Below are positions 46,571 through 60,129 of a DNA stretch of 64,000 bases, in pieces. The notes beneath the pieces were generated by a model. That model was not told the origin of the DNA, searched no databases, and was given only the letters and a program-made list of their open reading frames with translations. This stretch comes from Eukaryota sp. TZLM1-RC. Taxonomy: Eukaryota > Protista > Metamonada: BaSk clade. Numbering within the stretch: position 1 is the stretch's first letter; every line of letters starts with the position of its first letter. Position numbers and translations under genes: made by a program. The stretch is from assembly GCA_040285825.1 (NCBI GenBank), contig JAUPSS010000004.1, forward strand, positions 4,245,784 to 4,309,783. Reading direction: 5' to 3'.

Positions 46571-48043
46571 AAAGAGCCTCAGAAAACAGGCACTACTATT
46601 AATACATGGTTTGGTTCAATCTGGTCACCCCAGCAAAAACGATAGTTTACACAAACTATCCAAAAGCGATTTCTACTGGCCCAATATGAGAAAGGACCTC
46701 ATTAATCATGTCAAAAGATGCCCAACTTGTCAAAAAACGGCTCCAGTTCAAAGATCAAAAACACCTTCCACAGGATCTTTATGGGCAGATCGTCCTTTTG
46801 CTAGATTAAACGTCGATACAATTGGACACCTAAATTCTGACAACGAAGGAAATAAATATCTTTTTAGTATTTGTAGACTCTTTTACTGGATATACAATTT
46901 TAGTCCCTCTAAAAGAACTCAATGCCTTAGAAACCGCAGATGCCTTAATTTGGAATGTTTGCGCTATCTTTGGCATACCTATGTTAATTCATAGTGATAA
47001 TGGACCTGAGTTCGCCAACGAGACTTTTAAAATAGTGTGTAACAGATTAGCGATTGAGACGAGTAACTCAATTCCCCACTATTCAGAAAGTAATGGACTT
47101 GTAGAACGTAAACATAGAGACGTTCTCCAATGCTTAAGGAAACTATTAATAGATTTCAATGATTACGGAAATTGGTCTACCTACGTTCCTATATCCCAAC
47201 TGTTAATAAATTCTACTAAAAGCAGAAAAACTGGTTCTACCCCATACGAACTCATGTTCGGTTCTTCGATTAGTCCAAGAACAGACCCTGCTAATATATT
47301 AGGAAATTTATCCAAATTTGAAACTAATATCCCTTTACTAGATGACATAAAAATGAAAAACACTCGTCTACAAGAAAAAAGGGAAGAAGCAGAGCGTCAC
47401 CAAACATTAAATACTCCGTCTGCAGTAGATAATACTAATTCGTGTCTTATAGCATTTAATATTGGTGACTACGTCTTACGTAAAACCAAGCAAAATAATA
47501 AATTGCATGGATCTTGGAATGGACCATTCTTAGTTATTGACCTTCCATCCAAATCTACTTTATTATTGAAGAATCTTACTACTGGCACAGAATTAAAAGC
47601 TGCCAAGAAAGATTGCAAAATCTATGAAAATCCACAGGACATTGAGTTCCTCAAAGCAGTCGCTGCAGGCGATTCCGAAAAACACGTTATAGAGAAAATC
47701 CTCTCAGAATACCACTCTGATTCAGGTAGTTTCTGTACTGTTCAATGGTTTGGCGGTGAGACAACAGAAGAGCCACTCCATTCGGTTAGACACTCAGAAG
47801 CTTATAAGTTATTTAGTAAGGATAACAAGAAAATTGGAAAACGTACCATTAGTCGACGACAAGGTACTTCCAATGAGTCTACTCCTTCTAAGAAGCCTAG
47901 ACGCAGCAATAGAATTAGGAAGAGGAGCTAATTCTTAGTTTATATCGATTATATGTATTTATTTATAGTTATTTCGTTATTTGTATATAGTTTTTATTTC
48001 ATATTCATATAAGCTGATCTATTTTGAAAAAGGGAAGAAGCAG

Positions 48044-48122
48044 TGTTGGCGCCCTAAGGCTTATATGTTATGATGAGAAAATAAATCAGACTTTTCTTTA
48101 CTACAATAGACTTTAGGCAACA
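48044..48122 (+). repeat. 3' LTR of element 1 (79 bp)
   Basis: Preceded by PPT, followed by TSD TCCT; identical to inverted 51846-51924. Confidence 0.92.
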
Positions 48123-48726
48123 TCCTGGGAAAATTTCATAAAGGAGAAGCAAGTAGTTCAGTTGAGCACTGTTAGAATTCGAACATTCGGACCATATCCG
48201 AATATTCAGACGATCGCTTGTTGAACTAGTTTTGGTTGGCCATCCTGAATTGATTGAAATTTGGTCTCTATCATTAGACACAGAATTGGTGATTCATTTG
48301 ATTGTTGAAGTGTTGATCTTTCTTCCAGTCTATAAGCAAATAGACAAAGTCATTTCAAAAAGGAAGAATAAGTCATGGGATGGAAAAGCAAAAATACATC
48401 ACATAAACAAGTACAACATGAAGTGTGGAACAGAAGTTTCTAGCCAAACAAATAAACATAATACTGCAGTTGTATTGTCGTGACTCAATAGTGTTTCAAC
48501 AAGATTTCCACAAATGGAGAGTAGTCAATGTAAGTTAATATTGTTTCGCAACAACTAAGCATCTCATCAGGACACATTTAAATTATTTACTGAAAAATGA
48601 TTTTATATTATTCTTTGAATAATTAAGAACAAGATAACTGACACATTGATAGGTGAGCTGAACTAATTTTGTTTGGCTGGTCTAGTAGCGAAAATCTTAC
48701 ATTGTTGTCAATCAATTCAAATCACA

Positions 48727-49392
48727 ATGCCTCTTCCTGCACCATCATCCATACAACTTGATCCTGAACTTCTTTCTGAACCAGAGACAGACTCAGACTT
48801 TGACTTTGAAGTGACCGATGAAATGGCTGCTAAAGCTCGTCTTCGTAGTTCAGAGCCAGACGCGAACACTGAACTCCTTGAGTCAGCTATACAGAAGCTC
48901 CAAACAATGACCACTTTACCATGGGCTCAAACTTTGTCACTCGCTGTTGAATCCCAAGCATCTGACGACATAGAAGACTTTAATGATGATCTCAAGCGTG
49001 AAGTCTCTTTCTACAACCAAACCCTAATGTCTGTCCGTTTAGCTAAGGATCTCTGCAAAGAACACAGCATTCCTTGGCAACGACCTCATGATTACTATGC
49101 TGAAATGGTTAAAGATGACCGACATATGGACAAGATTAGAACCAAGATGCTTCAAGAGAAAAAGAGGATCGAAACCGCACAGAAAAGGAGAAAAGAACGA
49201 GAGCAGAAACGTTTTGCTAAGCAAATCCAAGCCCAACAAAATCAAAAGAAATCCTTGGAAAAAAAAGAAGCAATAAAGAATGTTGCTGAGTTCAAGGATT
49301 CTGATGCTGGTAAAAAAAGAAGAAGCAACGAAAAGAAGAGACCTGGAAAACAAAGTCGGCATAACATGAGGTTAAAGGGAAGGAATATTTAG
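48727..49392 (+). CDS. EBP2: rRNA-processing protein Ebp2
   Basis: DDLKREVSFYNQ and RPHDYYAEMVKDDRHMDKIR signature; basic tail. Confidence 0.93.
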   Translation: MPLPAPSSIQLDPELLSEPETDSDFDFEVTDEMAAKARLRSSEPDANTELLESAIQKLQTMTTLPWAQTLSLAVESQASDDIEDFNDDLKREVSFYNQTLMSVRLAKDLCKEHSIPWQRPHDYYAEMVKDDRHMDKIRTKMLQEKKRIETAQKRRKEREQKRFAKQIQAQQNQKKSLEKKEAIKNVAEFKDSDAGKKRRSNEKKRPGKQSRHNMRLKGRNI

Positions 49393-49457
49393 TTTTAGTT
49401 AGTATTCAATAGTCAATACAATTTAATTTTATTTATTTACTTTTATTTACTTTTATT

Positions 49458-50783
49458 TTATACAACATTATCTAATCTAGGTGGCGGCAAATTTGGTTGC
49501 TTTGCCAATGGATTAGTGGTAGACTCATCTGAATTATCTACCAATTTCAAAATAAAGATATCAGCCATTGTATTCAAGGCACTGCGCATTGAGTCAGCAA
49601 AGAATTCGTAAGGAGAAAACAACAAAACCAAAGAAGCTGCTGCCAAAGGATTGATGATAGAGACCAAAGAAAATGTAATTGGCAGTGATGATCCCGGGCC
49701 AGACAAACCAGTGAAAACAAAGGGAGAGAATAACAAAAGATATATAAAATTACCAAAAGAAGGTCCATCTTCAGTAAACAATTTCAGACTAATTAGCGAG
49801 AACAAAACACCGTAGAAAACCGAACCTGGCACATTGACGACAGAGCCAATAGGAACGAGCAATTCTCTTATATAACGCTCAACTTTGATTTCCTTCTCCA
49901 CAGTAGTGAGTGAGATTGGAACCGTGGTAATGCTGCTCTTGGTGGCAAAAGCGAAAATAGGTGCGTTTTGGACTCTAAATAAGAATTTAAAAGGATTTTC
50001 CCTTGTGAAAACAAAATAAATAATAGGCCAAATAGCAAATGATAGTAAAATCCAACCTAAAATAAAAGAAATGGTGACAGCATCCCAGGGAACAACAGTG
50101 GTGGAGAAAGAGGAATAGACTTTTGAAAAAACAATAACTGATGGAATAACCAAAGCTACATCAAAAACAAGCGAGTTGAAAAATACATTGGTTCTAGCTA
50201 ATGATGATTCAGCTCCAGTGTAGCCAAGTCTGTTCAGAGTGAGACCAAAGAGAATGGCATAGGTGATAATTGTTGAATAGCTCTGGGAAGTAATTGAAAA
50301 GAACAGATTAGGAGAGAAGAAGTTGACCACAGTGTTGGTAATGGAGGAAACATAATTGGTAAAAAGTGGTTCAAGTGATGAGTCGAGGTCGTCGGGAATT
50401 GATGGGGCCTCATAACTAGACTGGAACAGAAGGAAAAGAAGGATAGCCAGAAGTGCAGAGATGAAGTGGCCTGAATACACGTAGACTAAGTATTTAAAAG
50501 CAAACTTGAAGCTATTACCAGATCTAACACTGTCTATGATTGTAAGTGTGATGAGAGAGAAGATAAACACGACCATTATCGAGGAAATGATGTTGACCCA
50601 AAGAGTCCCAGGGAGAGAGACAATGTCAATGAAACCAGTTGGCAGGTCCCACTTGTCTATGAATAGAGATGTAACGATGCCAAGGATAATTGACACTAAT
50701 AGAATCACTACCGATCTTACACTAGCATCACAATCACGGAAAGGGAACACCTTTTCAACAGAACGAGTGACAGTTGATGACAT
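49458..50783 (-). CDS. Dicarboxylate/amino acid:cation symporter (DAACS/SLC1 family), divergent
   Basis: Multi-TM; AFATKSS..TVP (HP1), PIGSVVNVPG, DSMRSALN..D (TM8). Confidence 0.85.
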   Translation of the reverse strand: MSSTVTRSVEKVFPFRDCDASVRSVVILLVSIILGIVTSLFIDKWDLPTGFIDIVSLPGTLWVNIISSIMVVFIFSLITLTIIDSVRSGNSFKFAFKYLVYVYSGHFISALLAILLFLLFQSSYEAPSIPDDLDSSLEPLFTNYVSSITNTVVNFFSPNLFFSITSQSYSTIITYAILFGLTLNRLGYTGAESSLARTNVFFNSLVFDVALVIPSVIVFSKVYSSFSTTVVPWDAVTISFILGWILLSFAIWPIIYFVFTRENPFKFLFRVQNAPIFAFATKSSITTVPISLTTVEKEIKVERYIRELLVPIGSVVNVPGSVFYGVLFSLISLKLFTEDGPSFGNFIYLLLFSPFVFTGLSGPGSSLPITFSLVSIINPLAAASLVLLFSPYEFFADSMRSALNTMADIFILKLVDNSDESTTNPLAKQPNLPPPRLDNVV

Positions 50784-50840
50784 GCTGTTGGAGTTTGTGA
50801 ATCAAATTGAGCGTTTCCAAACTTACTATTTGTGACATCG

Positions 50841-51845
50841 CATGGGTCCCTTCCGATTTTGTCTTAGCCTGCATCCAATTTATGTTCAATTTAAGTCTCA
50901 ATTTCCAGAAATTGAAATTGTGGCATATAAGGATGATGCTTCCTTAATAGGTCCTTCTCCTATAGTTTAAGAAACAACAAATTTGTTTGGAATCTTAGCT
51001 TTCCGCATTGGCCATGAACTTAATTCATCGAAATGCCAAGTTCTTGGTAGAAAAAAAGATTTTATCTGTTTTGAAGTTTGAGAAAGCTTCTGCTGAACTC
51101 GAACAAATTCAAAATTTTAACTTTGAAGAAACATATCAAATTCCATGTTGATAGACTATGTTTTGGTTCAAAAATTAACCACTTAATTCGTTCCATTCCT
51201 CCAAATTTGACAACTCATTATGTCAAACAATATTTGACCAAAAGAACTCAATTTTTGGGGTCAGTACTAAACATCAATGATATTGATGATATTCCCTTTC
51301 ACGCTTTTAGATCGCATAATTATGGTGATACTGGCCTAACACGTTCATCTATTCTATCAAATGCTGTGTTTTTAGGCAGAATCAACAACTTTTATATGAA
51401 CTTGCCTTAAGGTTTCCTCATCAATGGATTTCTTTTGCTTATAACTCTTTTTCAGTTGCGATGAAATTTTTACGTACTTTTTTAGAAAATTGTTCTAATG
51501 GTTTCTGGAAATTTTTATTTTCCTCAAAAGTGGACTTTTCCTCAATTGAAATTAAAGATTTACCAAATATTTTAAGAACTGTTCCGAAGCTACAGAAGAA
51601 GATTATTAATTATTTACAAATAGCGAATCTTTTGCAAATCTTTTACAAGATATGTGTGATAGTACTTCTTCTGCCTTAGTAACAACAATTCCTCAAGTTT
51701 ATCGTACTCTTTAAACTGATTCTGCTTGGACTTTGAATATGAGATTTCGTTCCTTTATCTGGCCTGATAATTTACCATATGATTTAATGTGTAAATGTTC
51801 TCGAAAAATTACAATTAGTCATTTGTTAAATTGTAAACATTTTAT
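50841..51845 (+). mobile_element. Eroded RLE non-LTR fragments (RT C-terminal half, then subfamily D CCHC region), cut by the LTR of element 2
   Basis: MGPFRFCL, VAYKDD, GSKINHLIRS; MRFRS..CKC..HLLNCKHF ending at the LTR. Confidence 0.7.
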
Positions 51846-54800
51846 TGTTGCCTAAAGTCTATTGTAGTAAAGAAAAGTCTGATTTATTTTCTCATCATAA
51901 CATATAAGCCTTAGGGCGCCAACACTGCTTCTTCCCTTTTTCAAAATAGATCAGCTTATATGAATATGAAATAAAAACTATATACAAATAACGAAATAAC
52001 TATAAATAAATACATATAATCGATATAAACTAAGAATTAGCTCCTCTTCCTAATTCTATTGCTGCGTCTAGGCTTCTTAGAAGGAGTAGACTCATTGGAA
52101 GTACCTTGTCGTCGACTAATGGTACGTTTTCCAATTTTCTTGTTATCCTTACTAAATAACTTATAAGCTTCTGAGTGTCTAACCGAATGGAGTGGCTCTT
52201 CTGTTGTCTCACCGCCAAACCATTGAACAGTACAGAAACTACCTGAATCAGAGTGGTATTCTGAGAGGATTTTCTCTATAACGTGTTTTTCGGAATCGCC
52301 TGCAGCGACTGCTTTGAGGAACTCAATGTCCTGTGGATTTTCATAGATTTTGCAATCTTTCTTGGCAGCTTTTAATTCTGTGCCAGTAGTAAGATTCTTC
52401 AATAATAAAGTAGATTTGGATGGAAGGTCAATAACTAAGAATGGTCCATTCCAAGATCCATGCAATTTATTATTTTGCTTGGTTTTACGTAAGACGTAGT
52501 CACCAATATTAAATGCTATAAGACACGAATTAGTATTATCTACTGCAGACGGAGTATTTAATGTTTGGTGACGCTCTGCTTCTTCCCTATTTTCTTGTAG
52601 ACGAGTGTTTTTCATTTTTATGTCATCTAGTAAAGGGATATTAGTTTCAAATTTGGATAAATTTCCTAATATATTAGCAGGGTCTGTTCTTGGACTAATC
52701 GAAGAACCGAACATGAGTTCGTATGGGGTAGAACCAGTTTTTCTGCTTTTAGTGGAATTTATTAACAGTTGGGATATAGGAACGTAGGTAGACCAATTTC
52801 CGTAATCATTGAAATCTATTAATAGTTTCCTTAAGCATTGGAGAACGTCTCTATGTTTACGTTCTACAAGTCCATTACTTTCTGAATAGTGGGGAATTGA
52901 GTTACTCGTCTCAATCGCTAATCTGTTACACACTATTTTAAAAGTCTCGTTGGCGAACTCAGGTCCATTATCACTATGAATTAACATAGGTATGCCAAAG
53001 ATAGCGCAAACATTCCAAATTAAGGCATCTGCGGTTTCTAAGGCATTGAGTTCTTTTAGAGGGACTAAAATTGTATATCCAGTAAAAGAGTCTACAAATA
53101 CTAAAAGATATTTATTTCCTTCGTTGTCAGAATTTAGGTGTCCAATTGTATCGACGTTTAATCTAGCAAAAGGACGATCTGCCCATAAAGATCCTGTGGA
53201 AGGTGTTTTTGATCTTTGAACTGGAGCCGTTTTTTGACAAGTTGGGCATCTTTTGACATGATTAATGAGGTCCTTTCTCATATTGGGCCAGTAGAAATCG
53301 CTTTTGGATAGTTTGTGTAAACTATCGTTTTTGCTGGGGTGACCAGATTGAACCAAACCATGTATTAATAGTAGTGCCTGTTTTCTGAGGCTCTTTTTTT
53401 GAAAATTTATTTATTTTTAAAACTGGAATAATTATTGAGATAAAAAAACCCATCTAGAATTCAATATCCTCCAAACAAGCGTCACTATTACTGAACCTAC
53501 TCACAGCATTACGTTCATATTCTACACCAATAGCTAAAAGTGCCTTTGAAATCATTGTTGGAATAGACTTGAAAATGCATAAAACAATTGTATTTAACCA
53601 GAAAGTGGAGTTCATTGTTTTACCAGACCTATTCAGTAACACTTTTTTGAAATTTTCAAAAAGTGCAACCCTGAAGGTCCAATATTGCCAAAAATAGAAA
53701 TTGCAAACGGCATAACTGATATTTCACATGTTCCACTCTACCTAACTGTGCCAAAGGTTTTCATACTTTTTTTATCTTCTTTTTTTCGGCGTTAGATAAC
53801 GGCGAATCAGCGGAATACACTAAACGAGCAGCAGAATTTTTGCAAACATCCACTGAAACAACGTCTACAACATTGAGAACACCATCGATCCCTGGAGCTA
53901 CTAAATCTGCCCTTCTTTTACCAAAGGAATCATCAGTTTGATCTGAAGACAGCTTACGTACTAGTGGCTCAATAAAGGCCTCTATATTGAAACTTTTGCA
54001 CATGGCATATAATTGATCACAAACTGAGTCATGAACAAGTGAGCGATAAGTTATGAAATTCTTACAGTTTAAAATATGGGAAAGCGTAACAACACTCTTG
54101 CAGCGACAAATTAAATCATTTGGTAATGAACAAGGCCATAGAAAACATCTCATTCTCATTGCAGTGTTCCATTGGTGATCATTAAGTAGGAGGCCATAAA
54201 TGTTGGGAATTTGGGAGATTAGGCAACTTGAGCAACTGTCTTCAAGATCAATCAAAAAATTTGCAAAACGGGATTTTTTCCTTAGCCAAGCTAAGACGTA
54301 CAATATAATCCAAGTTTTCTAAAACTTTCAAGATTTTTTTCTGCAATTTTGCAAAAGTCAGTGGTAAGGAGAGCAAGCTTCTTGAAGGAAGTTCCACAAT
54401 ATCAGAGGGGAAACATTTAGCCCAAATATTGGGTGAAAGAGTTTCAATTTCCTGTTGCAATGAAATAAGATAAGAGCTGCCACAATTTTCAATGAGATGA
54501 ATTTTTTCAGGAAAACGATTCACAAATTTGAGGCTCTTTGGAATCAAAATTTTGTTTTTATTATTTTTCCAAATTTGAGTATTTTCATCTAGAATTGCAT
54601 TTTCAAATAACGAGTCGTTGTTGTTTTTGGCTATTTGTTGTTCAGATCTTATCTTAGAGAACCAAGAAGAAAAAATAGGTAGGTCTTGGTGTCTACTTAG
54701 AGATGAGATTGATGGGATGTCTTCAAGATCCGAATCAGAATCATCGTCTATTGGAGGTATCTCGTAATTCGAAAGTAAAGTATCTGGTATATTTATACTA

Positions 54801-57800
54801 CATATAGAAGGAGTTTCCTCATTTTGATCTAAAACAATATTCCTCGATAGCATATCTGCACAGTGGTTATCTTCACCTGGTTCATGGACTATATCAAAGT
54901 CGAATTCAGATAGTATCGGCAGCCATCTCTTTACAATTCTATTTTTCTCTGGGGCTGTGGCCAGGAATGCGATATTTTTGTGATCAGTGAAAATTGTTAG
55001 ATGTCTAGTCAAAAGGTAGCTTTCTAAACAACTTTCAGTTAAAATCAGAAGTATTGCGTATAATTTTTTCTGTAAAGTGGACCATTTTCTTTGTGTTTCT
55101 GTATGTAATCTACTATAGAACGACAAAGGTTTTACTTTCCTTTTATTCAGCGGGGTTCCTGCAAGAGAGTATGGTTCAATTTCTTGCCAGATAACACCTC
55201 CCACTGCTACATCTGATGCGTCAGTACTTATTAATACGCGCTTGCCCGGAGCTGGTAATTCAAGGGGCATGTGATTAATTATTAAATCTTTTATTTGTTT
55301 AAGATAATCGTCATGCTCGTTGGTCCATTTTATTATTCTAGGTTTTCCTTTAATTAACTCATTAATTGGAGCCATTAATTCGGAAATACCTGGAAGCCAA
55401 TCTCTAATATAATTGATGGATCCTACTGATGAGCGAACTTCTTTCACTGATTTTGGTCTAGGGATTCTCATCAAGGTTTCGATTTTTTTCTTACTAATAA
55501 ATCTGGTTTTATCCTGGAAGGTGCTTCCTAAAATATCAATAGGGTGTTTGGATGTTACGAATTAACATTTACGTAAACCTATATTTACACGTCTATTTCT
55601 GGCGCATTGGAGGACTCTTTGTAATCTCTGATAGAATTCATCGAAAGTCGTTCCAACTATTATAATATCATCGATATATATAAAAACGCCATCATTTGGA
55701 ATCTTTCCATCATTACATTTTGAAAAACTGCTGGGATGTTTAATCCGAAGCAAACTCTTTTAAACATAATTGACCTTCCGGGATTGAGATTGATGTTTTC
55801 TCAATATCCTTCTCAGCTACGTTCATCTGCCAGAAAGCTTTTGGTAAATCAAGCGTGGCAATGTAGTTTGCTCTACTCAAAAATTCTAAAATATCTCTAA
55901 TCCAAGGTAGATTAGGCTCTACTGAAATCGTGTGGGCATAAACTCCATCTTTACCGCTAAAGTCTCCAGTCAACCTGGGTTTCTTGTCGTCAGGATATAT
56001 AACTAAGACAATAGGAGAGCTGAATTTATAATTTGATTCAACTGCATAGCCCATTTCAATCAGTTCATCAAATATTTTGTTTGCTATTTCCATTTTGCTG
56101 GATTCAACCGTCTAGCAGGCTTGTGTACTATAGCATTCTCATCTCTAAAGGGGATTGTTAGAGGATTACAATTGATTCCTTTTCTGTTTGGAGTTTCACT
56201 AAAAACATCGCTGAAAATTCCTAGTAGACTCGTTAATTTTAATTTATTATTATCATCATCTTATTTTATCTCACAACCAGATCTAGTTAATTGCTCCTCC
56301 AAATCGGAAGGACTCGATGATTGGTTATTTAAGGTCCCAATCGAATGTTGAGCGATTCTTGAGTCGAATTCAGATTTTACATTTTACATAGTGCGGTGTT
56401 CTTTGTCTAATCTAATGAAAAGACCATCATCCGTCTGAAGCCCAAGTGTTTTTAACATGTCTATCCCTATTAATAATTTGTTCGAACCCGGGATTATGGG
56501 AAGAGTATGTCTATAATGTACCTGGTGCGCAATGCTTCCTACGTTGAACGACAGAAAACCATTTGCACTCCCTAGCGATTTACTTGATACGTTATTGGCT
56601 GGTAAGAACTCAATTGTATCATCTCTATTAATTGACATGTTGCATTTGTTAGCCAAATCTTCTGTTATAACCGAACAAAACGCTGCCGAATCAATAGTTG
56701 CAATCATATGTATATCATTTATTAAAATCTCCAATCTTAGAAATGGAGAACGCTGGGATCTGATGTGGTTCTCACTAACCGTAGAATTTATTCCAAAAAT
56801 ACTATTGATATCAGAGCTGGGTTTGTGGAATTGTAGAGGATTTAGTAAGAATTGTTGAGCTGTTGGGGAGGTGTTGACTGGGTTTCCGAAATCGGCAATT
56901 GATTGATTATGATTGATTGCGTTGATTTGTTTCCGATTGGGAAAGTTTCCAGTATTTCTGACCCTGTTAATGAAACGGTCAATCCGTCTGTGAGAGGTCA
57001 TGCTCGAACTAGCTGACACGCTCTCAGAAGGGGATGATGTTGATGATGTATCCTCTTGTGTGTTTATGTAATAAATAGGTCTATACTGACCTCTGCCTTT
57101 ATGTCCTCTAAAATGGCCACCTCGGCCCCTACCTCTAAACCTAGAAACACGTCTACCACGGCCACCTCAACCTCTAACTACACTGCCACTTCTTGCAGGC
57201 TGATCAGCCTCGCCGATCTTAAATCCTAATTCTTTTGGTACCTTGCTTCTGGTACAACGAGGGTCTTTGCATTCGAAAACCGTGTGACCGATAGGATTAT
57301 TTCCTTCGGTGACGTTACAGAATGTACAGAACTTAGATCCCTCTCGTTCATGACTTTCTGGGACATATTTGTTTTGAGGAGTTCCTTTGGATCCGCCTCC
57401 CGAGCGACGTTTAGCACCTGGACCAGATGGGGTTGCTCCTCTAGAGAACGTTCTCATGGTCCAAAGGCCTAATGGGATGTCTTCTTCTCTTTCAACTTGT
57501 TTTCTCAAAAGTTCCATGGTGTGCCTATTTTCTGTTGTTTGGCACCAAGCTAAAAGGTGTCTCCTGGTGGTCTAAATCAGGTCTAACAAAGTTGTACCTG
57601 TTGAAGGGTCCCAGAGATCTTCTCTTGTCCAATGGCTTGCCAGCTCCTTGGTAATGGCGAAATTATCTATACCCAAGAGAAAGTATTCTGCAATAAGGGC
57701 GGGTGAGAGGGTTATTAAACCGCTGCTTCCCCTAATCGATGCAGATATGGAGTGATCAACCATGTAAGTGGTCATCCTCAGGACGTCTCCAAAATCTTCG

Positions 57801-60045
57801 ACGAACCTACCAAATTCGTTGTCCGCATCCACTTTGTTGTGGATGTTTCTCCAATTTATACAAGGTTTTGCTAGGGCAGAGCAAGCCTCATGATAAGAGG
57901 TAAATTGCGTCCTGCGTAGCAGAAAACCATTAGATCAGCGTCTGAGAAGTCCGGTCTCAGAAGTCCTTGGCCTTTGCCATCTAGAGATGATATGGGGGTC
58001 AAACATGCTTGATAAGCCGGATGGACAAGTACTAATCATCATACTTCTAAATAAGTCATAATGATGGATAGGAGGTCCCAGACGTTTCGTCAGTTCTGGG
58101 TCGATCCTTAAAAGTGGCTGCTTCATGTCCCTATCTATTTCTTCTCTGATGTGAGATGGGAGGGATGATGACAGCTCAGGGGTAATCTGGGTCTTTCCTT
58201 CACCAAGTATTTGGGTTGCTATCAACATAGCACGAGACCAATCAGATTGACCAGGGGCTTGGAAACTTCTATTGGCTATCTTACGCCCGTATTTATCCCA
58301 TGTTTGGAACTTGAGGAGGAAGGAGACGAGAGACATCTTGTTGAGTGGATCCTTTTCAGATAGGTGAGGAGCTTTGTATTCAGCTGACCTAGGCTGAGAG
58401 TCCACATGTCTCTGAAGACTACTCGCTATACTCATGTCCAATATATTTCTTGAAGCTTGGAGGTCTTCCAAACGGAGAGGCTCCTCAGAAGAAACTCTTC
58501 TACGAGGGGGTTGAGGAGGAGGTGTTTCATCTAAACTAGGTCCTCTCAACTCGATTTCGTCTTCTGATGCGCTAGTGAGCATAGGTTGGGAGGAACTGGA
58601 TGGTTCCTGAACCACTCTGGTAGTTCTGTTTACTCGTTTTGTTACATCTACTGTTGGGATGTGATCAGGGAGTACGTCGATAGAACAGACTTGTACCGGT
58701 TGCTCTTTTTCAGATATAATGGGGGCAATTATAGGAAGTTTAGGTCTCTGGTGGAGCTCTGTTGATTGATCGCCCGTGACCAAGAACCTGAACTTCTTTT
58801 TCCTTGTTGTAGATTCCCCGAATTGCTGAATATAGTTATTTGGGCGGCTCCTAAATGTGGATACGCTTGAACGTTCCGTAAGTATATTATTTAGGGCGTC
58901 CGCGTCAAAGTAGTCGCTGACGGGTTCCAACTTACTTGGATTTATGCTGTCTGCTTGTTCCATGTATTCTCTGAAACAAGTAGGAGCCCCGTCCGTTACC
59001 TCTGAGTAGTTATGGATGATCGTATCAAAGTACGAGTCCATCCATGCCGGTAATTTGGTTTCCAGGATGTCGTCGGTATCGGTTCTGCTCTTTCGTTCGA
59101 TGGCCAAAAACCTGATCCTTCTCCCGAACTGGTCCAAGTGAATGGCTTCCCAATCAGGCCTATCTTTGATAGGTTTTGCCAGAATCACATGGATTTCTCT
59201 ATCCATACCGGTTATTCTAGGACGGCGTTCTGCCCCGCGTCCATAGGTTTCTCTACTCAAAGTGTCCATCGCGTTAATAAGTTCTCTTCTCTCGTTTTGA
59301 GGGAATTCGTAGACTCTATTAGGGTCCCCTTTATGGCACAGAGTCTGGAATCCCACATTTCTACCAGATTTTGACATTTGCTTCCAAAGGGGAGGGAGCT
59401 GCTCAAACAAACAGTAATCTGTTGGTTCAAGGTGGGCTTCCGCGTCCTTCATTATCTGTTGGCGAAGCTCTTTCTCTTCGTCGTCCATTTCTTCTAAGAC
59501 GGACTGAAGTTCTTCGTAGTCCTTTAGACCAGACGAAGTATCTGAGCTTAACCCAACATTTTCTTTAGGTGAGGAGGGGGGTGGTCCCGTTCCTGAAACC
59601 TTATCTGGTTTGTTGGACATGGAAGGGGCGGGAGGTGGTTCCGTGCCTGGTTCCGTTGTTTTTGATTTGGAAGAGGCGGGAGGTGGTTCCGTGCCTGGTT
59701 CCATATCTTTCTCGTGAGGAGGGGCGGAGGGTGGTCTCGAGCCCGAGTCCTCTTCTCTATTCGACTCTTCAGTTCCTACTGATGTTGTATGTATGCTAGA
59801 AGCATCTCCGTCGTACTGTTGCATCTGTTCAATGTAAAAAATTTGACTAAAGTCAGTGTCCTGGCGAGGAGAGGCTGACATGATATCTGCTGAAGATATC
59901 CTCTGTTTGATTGCTGTAAGTTGTGTAAGCGGTATACCTATAACCTAATACGGCCAATAATTATTGTTGCCTTAGGTTGCAAAAGTGGTTGAGATAAAGA
60001 TAATTTATTTTCTATTCATATTATAAAAGCCTTAGGGCGCCAACA
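51846..60045 (-). mobile_element. Defective chimeric Ty3/Gypsy element 2 (inverted relative to element 1)
   Basis: LTRs 59965-60045 (81 bp) and 51846-51924 (79 bp); gag 57935-59881; intact integrase ORF 52037-53356; flanks TTAT/TAAT do not form an exact TSD. Confidence 0.93.
53397..54528 (-). mobile_element. Same nested non-LTR subfamily C insertion as in element 1
   Basis: TSD TGAGGCTCTTT at 53386-53396 and 54529-54539; same junctions. Confidence 0.92.
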
Positions 60046-60129
60046 TAATCATTACAACTTGTTATTGAACATTTTTTGACACTAAAGTTCATTTATCGAT
60101 CAAGGAATAAAAAACCAACAAATACACAA

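Larger units (their letters stand above)
40011..48122 (+). mobile_element. Full-length but defective Ty3/Gypsy LTR retrotransposon with chromodomain-like integrase tail (element 1)
   Basis: 79-bp LTRs TGTTG..CAACA; TSD TCCT/TCCT; PPT AAAAAGGGAAGAAGCAG; gag Zn knuckle, protease IATID, RT YIDD, RNase H TDASD/TDHKN, integrase HHCC and DDE, GPF, VIEKIL..VQW. Confidence 0.95.
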
